A DNA stretch of 64,000 bases from a virus (taxonomy: Duplodnaviria > Heunggongvirae > Uroviricota > Caudoviricetes), in the IMG/VR virus record IMGVR_UViG_3300021475_000005; one strand, written 5' to 3'. The notes under the pieces are model-generated. The model had not been told where the DNA came from. It worked only from the letters and a program-made list of their open reading frames with translations, and searched no databases. Shown here in pieces: positions 16,259 to 25,360 of the stretch. The first letter of the stretch is position 1, and each line of letters starts with the position of its first letter. Made by a program: the position numbers and the translations under genes.

Positions 16259-18025
16259 ATGGCATTGAAAATTACACGCGCAGGCTTTCTTGTCATCGCC
16301 GTCGTGGGCGTCGCGGCCCTCGGCGCGCTCGGCAAGTTCGCCATCAACAAAGGCATTCTCGGCAAACCGACAGACGTTGTGTCGTCGGTTCCGACAGTCA
16401 CGACAATTCAACACTTTACTGTGTCGGATTCTGCGGCGACTTATTCCCTTCCCGTATCTGCCAAACCAACTTCCATGCCGACATGTCCGGTCATGGAAGA
16501 ACTGGCATGGAATGCCATGGGCGCACTCAACGTCGCCAATGGCGGTGCAGAGACCGACCGCGATTCCATGGTCGCCAAATATACGAATGGCGGCTGCATC
16601 TCGCTCAAGCGTCAAGACGATTATGGGCAGATGGAAACCAATCTTGCAGCTTTCGTCAGTTCCGATGGAGCGAAAGGCGACGCGTTTATCGCTATTATGG
16701 GCGACGCCTATCCGTATGTCGCTGCCGCGCTTCAGAAATTGATTCCGGGACAGTTTGAAGCCATCGGCGCTATCGGCTTCTCGGATGGCGAAGACAAGTG
16801 CATGCTTCCGGGCGAGGTTGCCAAGGACCCGCAAAAGGCTCGCGGAACGCTCGTCGCTGCTGTGGCACGTGACGGCGACTGGAACATTTGCGTGAAGTGG
16901 GCATCGGACAATGGAATTCCGATCAATGTCGATCAGAAGACTTATGACCCGACCGCAATGAACTTCATGGATGTGGATGCTTTCACGACCGCCGACGACA
17001 AACTCATTGCAGGCGCTTGCGAAGATCGTACGGTTGTGTCGAACGGTCTGACGCATGGTACGAAGAAAGTCTGCGTCAACGGCGTAGCGACATGGACACC
17101 GGGCGACGTGGATGTCATCAAGAAATATCCGGGCAGCATCGTCGGCGTTGCATCGACACATGACTATGCAGGGCAGATGCCAGCCCTCATCATCGGTGCG
17201 AAAACATGGATGGCGGCGCACCACGATTACGTGGTCGGCTTGCTACGGGCTTCCGACCGGGGCGCGATGGCGATCCGGACCAGTGAAGGTGGCTTGATGC
17301 AAATGGGCGCAGCAAACGCTCAAATCTTCAAGGAGCAAACGCCAGACTATTGGGCGCACTATTTCAAAGGCGAAACTGTCTCACACGCTGGCGATATGGT
17401 GAACCTCGGCGGTTCGAAAGTGATCACGCTTCAAGAAGAACGCGATTACTTCGGCATGCGCGCTGGCACCGAAAACATTTACGCATCGGTCTATCGCGTG
17501 TTCGCAAACTATGATGGGACGTTCTACCCGACCCTGTATCCGAAATCTGGATCGGATTCTATTCCGTCATACGAAGAGGTCGTCGATACCAGCTATCTCG
17601 CCGATGCTCTTGCCGGAATTCCCGAAACTCAAGGCGCAGTCACTGCTGCACTGGCAGTGTCGGCTCCTATCACGCAGACGGTCTCCAAGAAGTCTTGGCA
17701 CATCGAGTTTGACTCCGGTCAGGCAACGATCAAGCCGGATTCGATGAATCAGCTTTATCAGATCGAAGATACGGCGGCGATGACCAATCTCCGTATTCGC
17801 TTGGATGGCTATACGGACAGCACGGGGTCGGCGACGCGTAACATTCCGCTCTCGGAAGCGCGGGCTCAGGCCGTGGCTAACTGGTTGACGACCAAAGCTC
17901 CGAATAACTTCCCGGCTACGCGTATGGAAGCCCGTGGGCACGGTTCTGACGATCCGCTGTGCTCTGATAACACGGCAGATTGCCGCGCTCAGAACCGTCG
18001 CGTTGAAATCAGCCTAGGATCATAA
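16259..18025 (+). CDS. ABC substrate-binding-like protein fused to a C-terminal OmpA-like peptidoglycan-binding domain
   Basis: AGGAG RBS; N-terminal anchor; WTPGD; IEFDSG...GYTDSTG...LSEARAQAV...NRRVEI. Confidence 0.9.
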   Translation: MALKITRAGFLVIAVVGVAALGALGKFAINKGILGKPTDVVSSVPTVTTIQHFTVSDSAATYSLPVSAKPTSMPTCPVMEELAWNAMGALNVANGGAETDRDSMVAKYTNGGCISLKRQDDYGQMETNLAAFVSSDGAKGDAFIAIMGDAYPYVAAALQKLIPGQFEAIGAIGFSDGEDKCMLPGEVAKDPQKARGTLVAAVARDGDWNICVKWASDNGIPINVDQKTYDPTAMNFMDVDAFTTADDKLIAGACEDRTVVSNGLTHGTKKVCVNGVATWTPGDVDVIKKYPGSIVGVASTHDYAGQMPALIIGAKTWMAAHHDYVVGLLRASDRGAMAIRTSEGGLMQMGAANAQIFKEQTPDYWAHYFKGETVSHAGDMVNLGGSKVITLQEERDYFGMRAGTENIYASVYRVFANYDGTFYPTLYPKSGSDSIPSYEEVVDTSYLADALAGIPETQGAVTAALAVSAPITQTVSKKSWHIEFDSGQATIKPDSMNQLYQIEDTAAMTNLRIRLDGYTDSTGSATRNIPLSEARAQAVANWLTTKAPNNFPATRMEARGHGSDDPLCSDNTADCRAQNRRVEISLGS

Positions 18026-18532
18026 TCTCTTTCTCACTGTGTCTTAAAAAGGAGTTGTCCATGACTGCATTCAAACAGAAACTCGTTACTGCCGTCGTAG
18101 GTGCGATGGCAGGGCGCAAATGCGATTGCGAAGGCTGCAATTGCCACTATGGGGAGGCGGACGCCGAAAAGCTCGTTTCCGCCATCGCGCCAATCGTTGC
18201 CGACGAATGCGCAAAGGAAGTTCACGACGATCTTCTGGCTCGCCTTCGCCTGCACGCCTGACAATACGGCGAGGAAAAGCATAAATGAGTACGTGCCGCG
18301 AAATGCCTATCGTAACCAAGTATGCTTTCCTCGTCGAACTAGGCGAAGATGAGTACATGCCTTATGGATGGTTCCATGAGCCCAGTAACAATCCTCTCGA
18401 CACGGGAGGTCATTGGGAATCTCTTTCGGTCGTCTCCTATCCCCTAAAGAAAGCCAGTGAGATTGCAGAGAGGCATCATCTTGATACGGTCGAGGATTAT
18501 GAGTTATGGGCTGCAATAAATGAGATAGAGGA

Positions 18533-18760
18533 GTGACATTGCTGACGGCATTTGGCTTGCTCGCCGTCACTTTAATGATTCTGTTTCATAGCCTTGAGTC
18601 TCGTAGTCATTGGTTCATGCTGGCGTTCGCTGGAAGTTGTCTTTTGGGATCGATCTACGGTTTTGCGCAAGGAGCATGGCCCTTTGGAATTGCAGAATTC
18701 GTCTGGACGGGAACCGCTCTCGTGAAGTGGAATACGATCAGGAAGATGATGCCGAAATGA
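18533..18760 (+). CDS. small 3-TM membrane protein
   Basis: GAGGA RBS; YGFAQGAWPFGIAEFVW. Confidence 0.7.
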   Translation: MTLLTAFGLLAVTLMILFHSLESRSHWFMLAFAGSCLLGSIYGFAQGAWPFGIAEFVWTGTALVKWNTIRKMMPK

Positions 18761-18983
18761 GACGGAACGAATGCACTGAAGACCTGAAAAAGCCTTGGGC
18801 AAATCGTATGCGCAGGGATACTCAAGTCGCGGGAGCAATCGAATTAGCCTTCCTGCGAGGTGAACAATCCGGGCGCGAGAAAACGATTGCGCGTGTTCTC
18901 AAAATCATCGCTAAGTGGTTTTCCAGTGATTCTGATATCAAAGGCTGCCTCCGGGAAGTCCGTGCATTGAAGGACGACCATTC

Positions 18984-19772
18984 ATGAACAATCTGCTTTC
19001 CCTCATCACGCCGAATGCCTGTATCAATAAGAGTACGCGGTCGGCGATCATCTTCGGCTGGATTGTTGTCACGCTGTTGATCTGGCAATTCGTTGATATC
19101 CGTTTCCTTCCCAAGCCAACTGAAATTCTCAATGCGTTCGAGACGCTCCGGCAGAATGGTACCTTCCTTGAATTCGGCACCAGCATCTGGACGATGATGG
19201 AAGCAATCTTCTGGACTGTCGCGATTTCACTTTCGCTCGCGTATTTGTCCGTCTTGCCCATCCTCGAACCATTCGTAAAGTTCATCACCGGGCTTCGCTA
19301 TCTCGGCCTCGTCGGCCTCATGCTGGCCTTCACGCTGATCGCGCCGGACGGGCATGCACTCAAGGTCATGGTGCTGACGTTCGGTATGACAGTCTTTTAT
19401 CTCCGCGATATGCTCAGTATTGTTCAAGCAATCCCGCAGGAAGAATATGACCATGCCGAGACCCTCGGGATGAGCCAGATTCGCATCATCTATGAGGTGA
19501 TCGTCTTGGGAACCCTCGACGAGGCGCTCGAATCTCTTCGCGTCAATGCTGCGATGGGTTGGATGATGCTGACAATGGTCGAGGGCATCGTTCGCTCAGA
19601 GGGCGGCATAGGCACCGTGCTGATCAATATGAACCGGCATATGGATTTGCCCGCAACCGGCGCGATCCTGATTAGCCTTTTCTGTGTTGGAATTATTCAG
19701 GACTTCCTCATTGGGATGTTCCGAAACTATATCGCTTGCCCGTATGCCAATCTCGGGAAAGGACGCGGCTGA
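18984..19772 (+). CDS. ABC transporter permease (NitT/TauT type)
   Basis: LPKP motif; 6 TM; EAA-like loop YDHAETLGMS. Confidence 0.9.
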   Translation: MNNLLSLITPNACINKSTRSAIIFGWIVVTLLIWQFVDIRFLPKPTEILNAFETLRQNGTFLEFGTSIWTMMEAIFWTVAISLSLAYLSVLPILEPFVKFITGLRYLGLVGLMLAFTLIAPDGHALKVMVLTFGMTVFYLRDMLSIVQAIPQEEYDHAETLGMSQIRIIYEVIVLGTLDEALESLRVNAAMGWMMLTMVEGIVRSEGGIGTVLINMNRHMDLPATGAILISLFCVGIIQDFLIGMFRNYIACPYANLGKGRG

Positions 19773-20599
19773 TGTCTTCTGATTACACTTACGAGCGCGC
19801 CGAAGTTCTGCTTAAGGTCACTGGCCTGTGCGTGAACTACAGCTTGCCGATCCTGCGCGATGTCAATATCGAAATTCGGGACATCAAACGTCCGGGGATC
19901 ACGCAAGGCCAGAAAGTGGCGCTCTTGGCACCGAGCGGGACAGGTAAGACGCAACTCTTCAAACGCCTCTCAGGACTTCTTCCGCCCAGTTCAGGTACCG
20001 TTCTGATTGGCATTGACCAGACGCCAGTCAAAGCTGGAATGGTTGGAATAGTGCCTCAGAATTACCTCCTGTTCGGACACCGAACGGTCGAGAGCAGTCT
20101 GCTTTTGGCTGCCGGGATGCGCGAAAAAAACAGTACGACGGCAAAGGCCAAGGTTCTGGAGCTTCTGGAGCAGTTCGGACTTGCCGATAAGCGTCACGTC
20201 TATCCGCAGGAGCTTTCAGGGGGCCAGAGACAGCGAATCTCGATTGCCGAGCAGTTGCTCTCTAGCAATCACTTTCTGCTCATGGACGAGCCGTTCTCGG
20301 GCTTGGACATCATCGCGAAGAAAACGGTCTGCGATGTGATCGATGCGGTATCGTCGCGAGACGAACTGAATACGACCATCTTCTCGACCCACGACATCGA
20401 GAGCGCCGTCATGATCGCAGATACGATCCTGATCCTCGGACGCGATAAGGATGTTCATGGAATGCCGGTACCGGGTGCGCGTATCCAGCAGACCATCGAT
20501 CTAATCGAGCGCAACTTGGCGTGGCATACGGACGTGGAGCATATGCCGAACTTCGTTTCTACCGTTCAGGAAATCAAGAGCATCTTTACGACACTATGA
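19772..20599 (+). CDS. ABC transporter ATPase
   Basis: APSGTGKT, LSGGQRQR, LLMDEPFSGLD, STHD. Confidence 0.95.
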   Translation: MSSDYTYERAEVLLKVTGLCVNYSLPILRDVNIEIRDIKRPGITQGQKVALLAPSGTGKTQLFKRLSGLLPPSSGTVLIGIDQTPVKAGMVGIVPQNYLLFGHRTVESSLLLAAGMREKNSTTAKAKVLELLEQFGLADKRHVYPQELSGGQRQRISIAEQLLSSNHFLLMDEPFSGLDIIAKKTVCDVIDAVSSRDELNTTIFSTHDIESAVMIADTILILGRDKDVHGMPVPGARIQQTIDLIERNLAWHTDVEHMPNFVSTVQEIKSIFTTL

Positions 20600-20814
20600 C
20601 CGCGTTTGATATCTTCATGGGGTGGGCCTACACGATGATGGGAAGTTCTCTCATCTGCGTAAGTGCACTTTGGTTCTCGTCGGTGATCAAACTGAATCTT
20701 AAAGTCGCGGACACCGGCATCTTTGGCGTCATCATGCCGATCTTGATGGCGACAGGTCTGTTCCTTGTCTGGAACGGAATTCCTATTGTTCTTGGAATCA
20801 ACTAGGAGAAAGCT

Positions 20815-21531
20815 ATGCACCTGAATATGATGCAAGTCGTAACACCAGAAGAACAGATGAAAACGCTCATTGCGAACTCCTACCGCGACTTCCATGCGCC
20901 GGGCGTCGATTACGTTTGCCTGCATAGGCATCCGCATCTGACCATAAAGGCGTATTTCTTCGATGAAGGAAGTGGACGCGCGCTTGGGAAGAACCGGCAG
21001 ATCGTCAGTCCACATGACCATCGCTACGATTTTGCTACTCTCGTCCTACGTGGGAAAATAGGAAATGCCATATGGGTCGAAACGGCTGAGACGGGGATGT
21101 ATGGCGACGGCGTTACAAAATTTTTGGAATACAGTTTCCGTACGCCTCTAAATGGCGGCGCAGGTTTCAAATATGAGCGCGAAAGCTGGCTCAGGTTAAG
21201 TGGTACTCGCGTTCACCAAGTCGGTTCGCGCCATACGATGTGCTATGACCAAATCCATACACTCATCGATGTTGCGCCCGAAACCGTGCTGCTCATCTGG
21301 CAATATCCCGATGTGAAAGGGCCATTCGCATCGAGCCGTACATTCGTCGATCCCTACGGTGCCAGTATGCTGAAACATCCAACGGGTGCTCCATCACTGG
21401 AAGGCCTATACAACAAGTTTACAGAGGCCCAGATAACCCAAAGGCTGAAGCAACTTGAGTCGCTTCAGCCCCGGATTCTTCAAAACTATGCGCTGCATAG
21501 CTTGGCAGGTTTGGACTACATCGCCGATTAG
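20815..21531 (+). CDS. His-rich cupin-like hypothetical protein
   Basis: PHDHRYDF...G and QIHTL motifs. Confidence 0.55.
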   Translation: MHLNMMQVVTPEEQMKTLIANSYRDFHAPGVDYVCLHRHPHLTIKAYFFDEGSGRALGKNRQIVSPHDHRYDFATLVLRGKIGNAIWVETAETGMYGDGVTKFLEYSFRTPLNGGAGFKYERESWLRLSGTRVHQVGSRHTMCYDQIHTLIDVAPETVLLIWQYPDVKGPFASSRTFVDPYGASMLKHPTGAPSLEGLYNKFTEAQITQRLKQLESLQPRILQNYALHSLAGLDYIAD

Positions 21532-21995
21532 GCGTCGATGTACTCGATCATGACGGTAGCTGCGCCGGTCGATCCGTCGCCGCCTGAAATTGAGATGCTG
21601 AGATCGCCGACAGGCTGCACGTAGACTGGCACATTAAAGTCGCCGGGCGCTGTGACGGCTGCATGCGTTCCATCCGTGATGGACGTTGCAGCCAGTGCGC
21701 CGCTGCCGCCAGAATGGTCGCCTACGGTGATCTTACCGCCGCTTGGGTAAGCCGCAGTGACGTGCTCGCGGATGCCAATAATCTTCGAGCCTGACGGAAG
21801 CGCTGGGATCGCGACAGGGCCTGCTACGCCAATGGCGACGTGCTGGCACTTGATGGCGAGAGCCACGGCTGCGGTAGCTGCCTTTCCTGCTGCATTAACT
21901 TCATTGAGTGCGCCCACCACATTGTTGCGATTGACGGTTGTCAATTGCGACATATCGCTGTGGTCGCGTTCCGGATCGTATACGCCGCTTGCCAT
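21528..21995 (-). CDS. probable virion structural protein
   Basis: LTTVNRNNVVGALNEV fibre-type motif; beta-rich C-terminus; late-type promoter upstream. Confidence 0.55.
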   Translation of the reverse strand: MASGVYDPERDHSDMSQLTTVNRNNVVGALNEVNAAGKAATAAVALAIKCQHVAIGVAGPVAIPALPSGSKIIGIREHVTAAYPSGGKITVGDHSGGSGALAATSITDGTHAAVTAPGDFNVPVYVQPVGDLSISISGGDGSTGAATVMIEYIDA

Positions 21996-22069
21996 GGAAA
22001 TTTCCTTAAGAGATTATGAACTGCAAGATGACATTTAAGACAGATAGAGTCAAGAATGATGACTCATGA

Positions 22070-22714
22070 TTAGGTCCAAATAACAGGAACGTTCTGACTC
22101 GTTTGGAGGGTATTAAAGGTCAGCACAAGATAGTCTTGCGTGTATCCGGATGCATTCGTATGCGAGACAGTTGTAGCCGTGTAATCGGTAAAGGCGTTCC
22201 AGTCTAACGTATTGGGCATTACATCAGGCGTTGCAATTTGCGGGCGACGAGGCAGTCCAATGCTTGCCGGATATGCGATGCATGGATAGCCTCCGGCTGC
22301 GCAGGCATACTGAACTGTCATCTCCAACTTGCGGTCGATAAACTCGCTTGATGTTAAAGCTAAAATATCCGCGCTCGACGCCGGAGGTGCTTGAACGACA
22401 CCCCAGTAAACCAATGGAAGGAATTCAAGCTGGGTCCGCTGACGTGCCTGCGTATCTTCATCGGCGCAAATCAGTTCCCATGTCGTATCGTCGGTGAAAG
22501 GACCGATTTGGGTGACCTGTGTAATGGCGGGGTTGAGAGCAACACCGTTGAGTGAAAGCGAGACGGCAGCTTTGGAAAGTCCCCAGTTTAGGATAACGGA
22601 TGGGACAGTAGAACCGATCTCGGCAATCGGGGGATTTGGCGCGAAGATCGCGACGACCATTTCGACCGGAACAGAGAACTGTCCGTAGAAAACACTATAC
22701 GTGAAGTTGGTCAT
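22070..22714 (-). CDS. probable virion structural protein
   Basis: Beta-rich; VYWG, YPASIG and TNASGYTQDY motifs. Confidence 0.55.
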   Translation of the reverse strand: MTNFTYSVFYGQFSVPVEMVVAIFAPNPPIAEIGSTVPSVILNWGLSKAAVSLSLNGVALNPAITQVTQIGPFTDDTTWELICADEDTQARQRTQLEFLPLVYWGVVQAPPASSADILALTSSEFIDRKLEMTVQYACAAGGYPCIAYPASIGLPRRPQIATPDVMPNTLDWNAFTDYTATTVSHTNASGYTQDYLVLTFNTLQTSQNVPVIWT

Positions 22715-22772
22715 ATTACCTCATAAAGAAATGGCACCCGAAGGTGCCACTTCTCCGACTGAAGGGTCTGTC

Positions 22773-22848
22773 TGGTGCGGTGTGAGGATACTGATTCCCC
22801 GTCCTGCTGATTGGAAGTCAGCCGCTACCACCATTGAGCTAACACCGC
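22773..22848 (-). tRNA. tRNA-Gly(UCC), aberrant T loop
   Basis: GCG acceptor start; loop CUUCCAA; T loop lacks UUC. Confidence 0.8.
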
Positions 22849-23081
22849 GAATTTCCGTGGTTGGCGATATCCTCACCTTTCCTGCTGCACCACAAACAGC
22901 GCTTCCTCATGCAGGTTACTCGACCATGTCTCCTTTAGGGCTTTAGACATGCAATCGAAACCGAGAAACGTCAGAATATCATTCTATTTATTCCGGTCAG
23001 CCAAGGCCGTACTTATTTGAATGACAGAGCTAACGGCTATTACCAAAAGTCCTACGCACCCGACATGGATGAATATCGAAT

Positions 23082-23154
23082 TGGCGCTAGGGGATGGGAT
23101 TTCACCACCGATAGCAAATAAGCGCTTACATGCTATCTCTTACACGACCCAAGC
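23082..23154 (-). ncRNA. tRNA-like element lacking a D arm and a normal anticodon loop
   Basis: Acceptor GCUUGGG/CCCUAGC-GCCA and T arm present; middle is one long hairpin. Confidence 0.55.
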
Positions 23155-23159
23155 AAACT

Positions 23160-23222
23160 TGGAGCCAAGGGCTGGAATTACACCAGCCGGGACTTGCCCC
23201 CGTCTTTATACAAGACCTCGGC
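23160..23222 (-). ncRNA. 63-nt mini tRNA-like element
   Basis: Acceptor GCCGAGG/CCUUGGC-UCCA, T arm, shortened D and anticodon arms. Confidence 0.55.
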
Positions 23223-23228
23223 ATAAAC

Positions 23229-23304
23229 TGGAGCGGGTAAGGAGCCCAGTGATCTCCTCTATCTACGTTGGCAACGTAGCGCCTCGCCTCTAGGCTTTAC
23301 CCGC
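23229..23304 (-). tRNA. tRNA-Gly(GCC), 9-nt T loop
   Basis: Loop UUGCCAA; U73; T loop AUCACUGGG. Confidence 0.8.
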
Positions 23305-23388
23305 ATTTAATTCTAGTTTCGCAATACGGCGCTCACGACGATGAGCAAACCTGATATCACGACTGTGTGCTTTCTTGCTGCGCCGATT

Positions 23389-23462
23389 TGGAAGAGTGTA
23401 TGGGAGTCGAACCCATATCGCTTGTTTTGCAGACAAGAGCCTCACCGCCCGGCTCACACCCT
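23389..23462 (-). tRNA. tRNA-Cys(GCA)
   Basis: Loop CUGCAAA; U73; CCA. Confidence 0.9.
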
Positions 23463-23470
23463 AAAAATCG

Positions 23471-23545
23471 TGGCACCAGTTGAGCGATTCGAACGCCCGA
23501 CACGCGGTTTTGGAGGCCGCTGTTCTACCCCTGAACTAAACTGGT
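23471..23545 (-). tRNA. tRNA-Trp(CCA)
   Basis: Loop CUCCAAA; GCCA. Confidence 0.92.
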
Positions 23546-23568
23546 GTAAACTTTTGTGACTCAACGAG

Positions 23569-24096
23569 TCACTGAATATTTGCGTACTCTAGCAAAGCTT
23601 TATACGCGATGTCAACTGATCCTTCTGCTCCATCAACTTCAAGATGGATTTTTTCTGGACCAAACAACTGTCGAATCCGGTCGTCGAGTTCTCGCGCCTC
23701 GGATTCCGTCTGACTTCTTCCGTATGTCGCGTATGGTTTAACGCGGCGGACGTAGCAATTAAAATTATTATATCCCTCGTATAATTCCCAAACCCGTCGA
23801 GCGAACCAATCCTGCGTATAGTCGCCTTTCGTATACATCAGGCCAAGCGGTAGAGCCGTATCATGTATAATAAAATCCACATGCCCTAATAGATCGCGTA
23901 AACGCCGATCCTGCTCTCTTGTAACAACGCCCTGATCGTTGATTGTGTTCCAGTCTCGACGAAACGTGAGTTCTTTCGCATATTCTGGAACGTACTCTGC
24001 CTTATGCCCTCGGCTTTTCAGTTTGGCGATCAAGCCATACGACAAGGTCGATTTTCCGACTCCGGGACCACCTAACGAATTAAAGACGATTGTCAT
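23569..24096 (-). CDS. P-loop kinase/ATPase (NadR/AAA_28-like)
   Basis: GGPGVGKST, VPEYAKEL and GRSQTESEA motifs. Confidence 0.8.
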   Translation of the reverse strand: MTIVFNSLGGPGVGKSTLSYGLIAKLKSRGHKAEYVPEYAKELTFRRDWNTINDQGVVTREQDRRLRDLLGHVDFIIHDTALPLGLMYTKGDYTQDWFARRVWELYEGYNNFNCYVRRVKPYATYGRSQTESEARELDDRIRQLFGPEKIHLEVDGAEGSVDIAYKALLEYANIQ

Positions 24097-24587
24097 TATG
24101 TAATTTCTTTCTGTTTCTCTCTATATCGAGCCCCAGCGTCTCTTCGGCAAATCCGGCACCCTTCCTTACCATCGTAAGTCACTCTATTTTCCGGAATTTT
24201 CTCATGTCCTTGAGGACAATGAGTTTCAGACAATCTTTTCCATTCTTCCTGTAGTGGTGATAACTTAGGATACCTTTCGAACGTACGAATCTTATGGCAA
24301 TTGGCACATACGACTTCACATTTAAGCGCTTCTTCCAATGATTTACGCCAGTTTCTACTTATGAATCTAGCTACATTGGCGGTCTTATCGTCACCTATGT
24401 GATCAAACTCAAGAACACGAAAATCATCATTCCCGCAATCTTTACATTTATGATCACCGACAATTTTCAAAAGTTCTGCCCGCCATTCCCTATGTCGAAC
24501 TTGCTCTTGATACCTTAGTCTTTCCTTATTGTCGGCCTTATACTTACGGTAATAAGCCCGATTTTCCTCGGGGGTCATTTTAGTCAT
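24096..24587 (-). CDS. HNH endonuclease
   Basis: CKDC..LEFDH..CANCH; C-terminal HCPQGH..CRIC; AT-rich relative to flanks. Confidence 0.85.
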   Translation of the reverse strand: MTKMTPEENRAYYRKYKADNKERLRYQEQVRHREWRAELLKIVGDHKCKDCGNDDFRVLEFDHIGDDKTANVARFISRNWRKSLEEALKCEVVCANCHKIRTFERYPKLSPLQEEWKRLSETHCPQGHEKIPENRVTYDGKEGCRICRRDAGARYREKQKEIT

Positions 24588-24607
24588 TTAATGGGATAAC
24601 AAAATCC

Positions 24608-24883
24608 TTAGCCTGCTTTCGGTTTGATCCAAGCGCTCGGGACATAAGTTTCAGCCACATCTTTCGAGAGATCGACGAATCGCTTGATCTGCGAAAGCTC
24701 TTCAGCTTCTCTCTCTTCAGCCTCTACCTTGACGGTCTCAACCGTCTTCACAGCGGGCTCGGCATCCGGATCGAGCGGTTGCGCCAGCCATCCTTTTTCG
24801 AGGCGCAATTCATTCGCCTTTCCGACCGGAAGATCGAAAGGTTCGCCTGTCTCAGGATGATAAACACGGATACGATCCGGCAT
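24608..24883 (-). CDS. hypothetical protein
   Basis: GAGG RBS; late-type promoter upstream. Confidence 0.65.
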   Translation of the reverse strand: MPDRIRVYHPETGEPFDLPVGKANELRLEKGWLAQPLDPDAEPAVKTVETVKVEAEEREAEELSQIKRFVDLSKDVAETYVPSAWIKPKAG

Positions 24884-25015
24884 GGCTGACCTCAACTATG
24901 AGGCGCACCTTAATTCAAGGAAATCGAGGAGTCAAGATCGCCGACTCTTCGTGTCATCGATTAATCCATATGCCGAATCTCCCCTACAAGGGGTAAAACT
25001 CCATATAAATCAATC

Positions 25016-25336
25016 TTAAATGTAGAAGACGACCGGAAGGAGGCGCTGCTCGCCGAAGATTTCTCCCGTCGAAAGGGTGACTCGGTAAGTAAGAAGGTAA
25101 GTATTGCCGGGCAATCCGCCTGTGATCTGCTGGATGACTCGTGTGCCGGATAATGATGCTCCTCCCATACGAATATCGCTCGGCGAACTCGCATCTCCGG
25201 CAAAGAAGTCCGAATCGACCTCGAAGCTCGCAATGGTTGCGCCGGGAGATTGGGCTGCAATCTGCGCAGCAAAATCCATCGACGTAATCGGCTCTTCGAA
25301 ACTGAACTTCGATGGAAATGATTGGGGTTTTATCAT
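25016..25336 (-). CDS. Ig-like virion fibre-associated adaptor protein
   Basis: DF..ITGGLPGNTYLLTYRVTLSTGE pattern typical of small phage fibre adaptor proteins. Confidence 0.6.
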   Translation of the reverse strand: MIKPQSFPSKFSFEEPITSMDFAAQIAAQSPGATIASFEVDSDFFAGDASSPSDIRMGGASLSGTRVIQQITGGLPGNTYLLTYRVTLSTGEIFGEQRLLPVVFYI

Positions 25337-25360
25337 AACTCTACCTTTTCGGGAAGTCTA

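Noticed and set aside
23546-24100. A W/C/G-rich leader for tRNA operon 4
   Set aside because: Only 23 nt separate tRNA-Trp from the upstream kinase gene; no promoter-leader unit found
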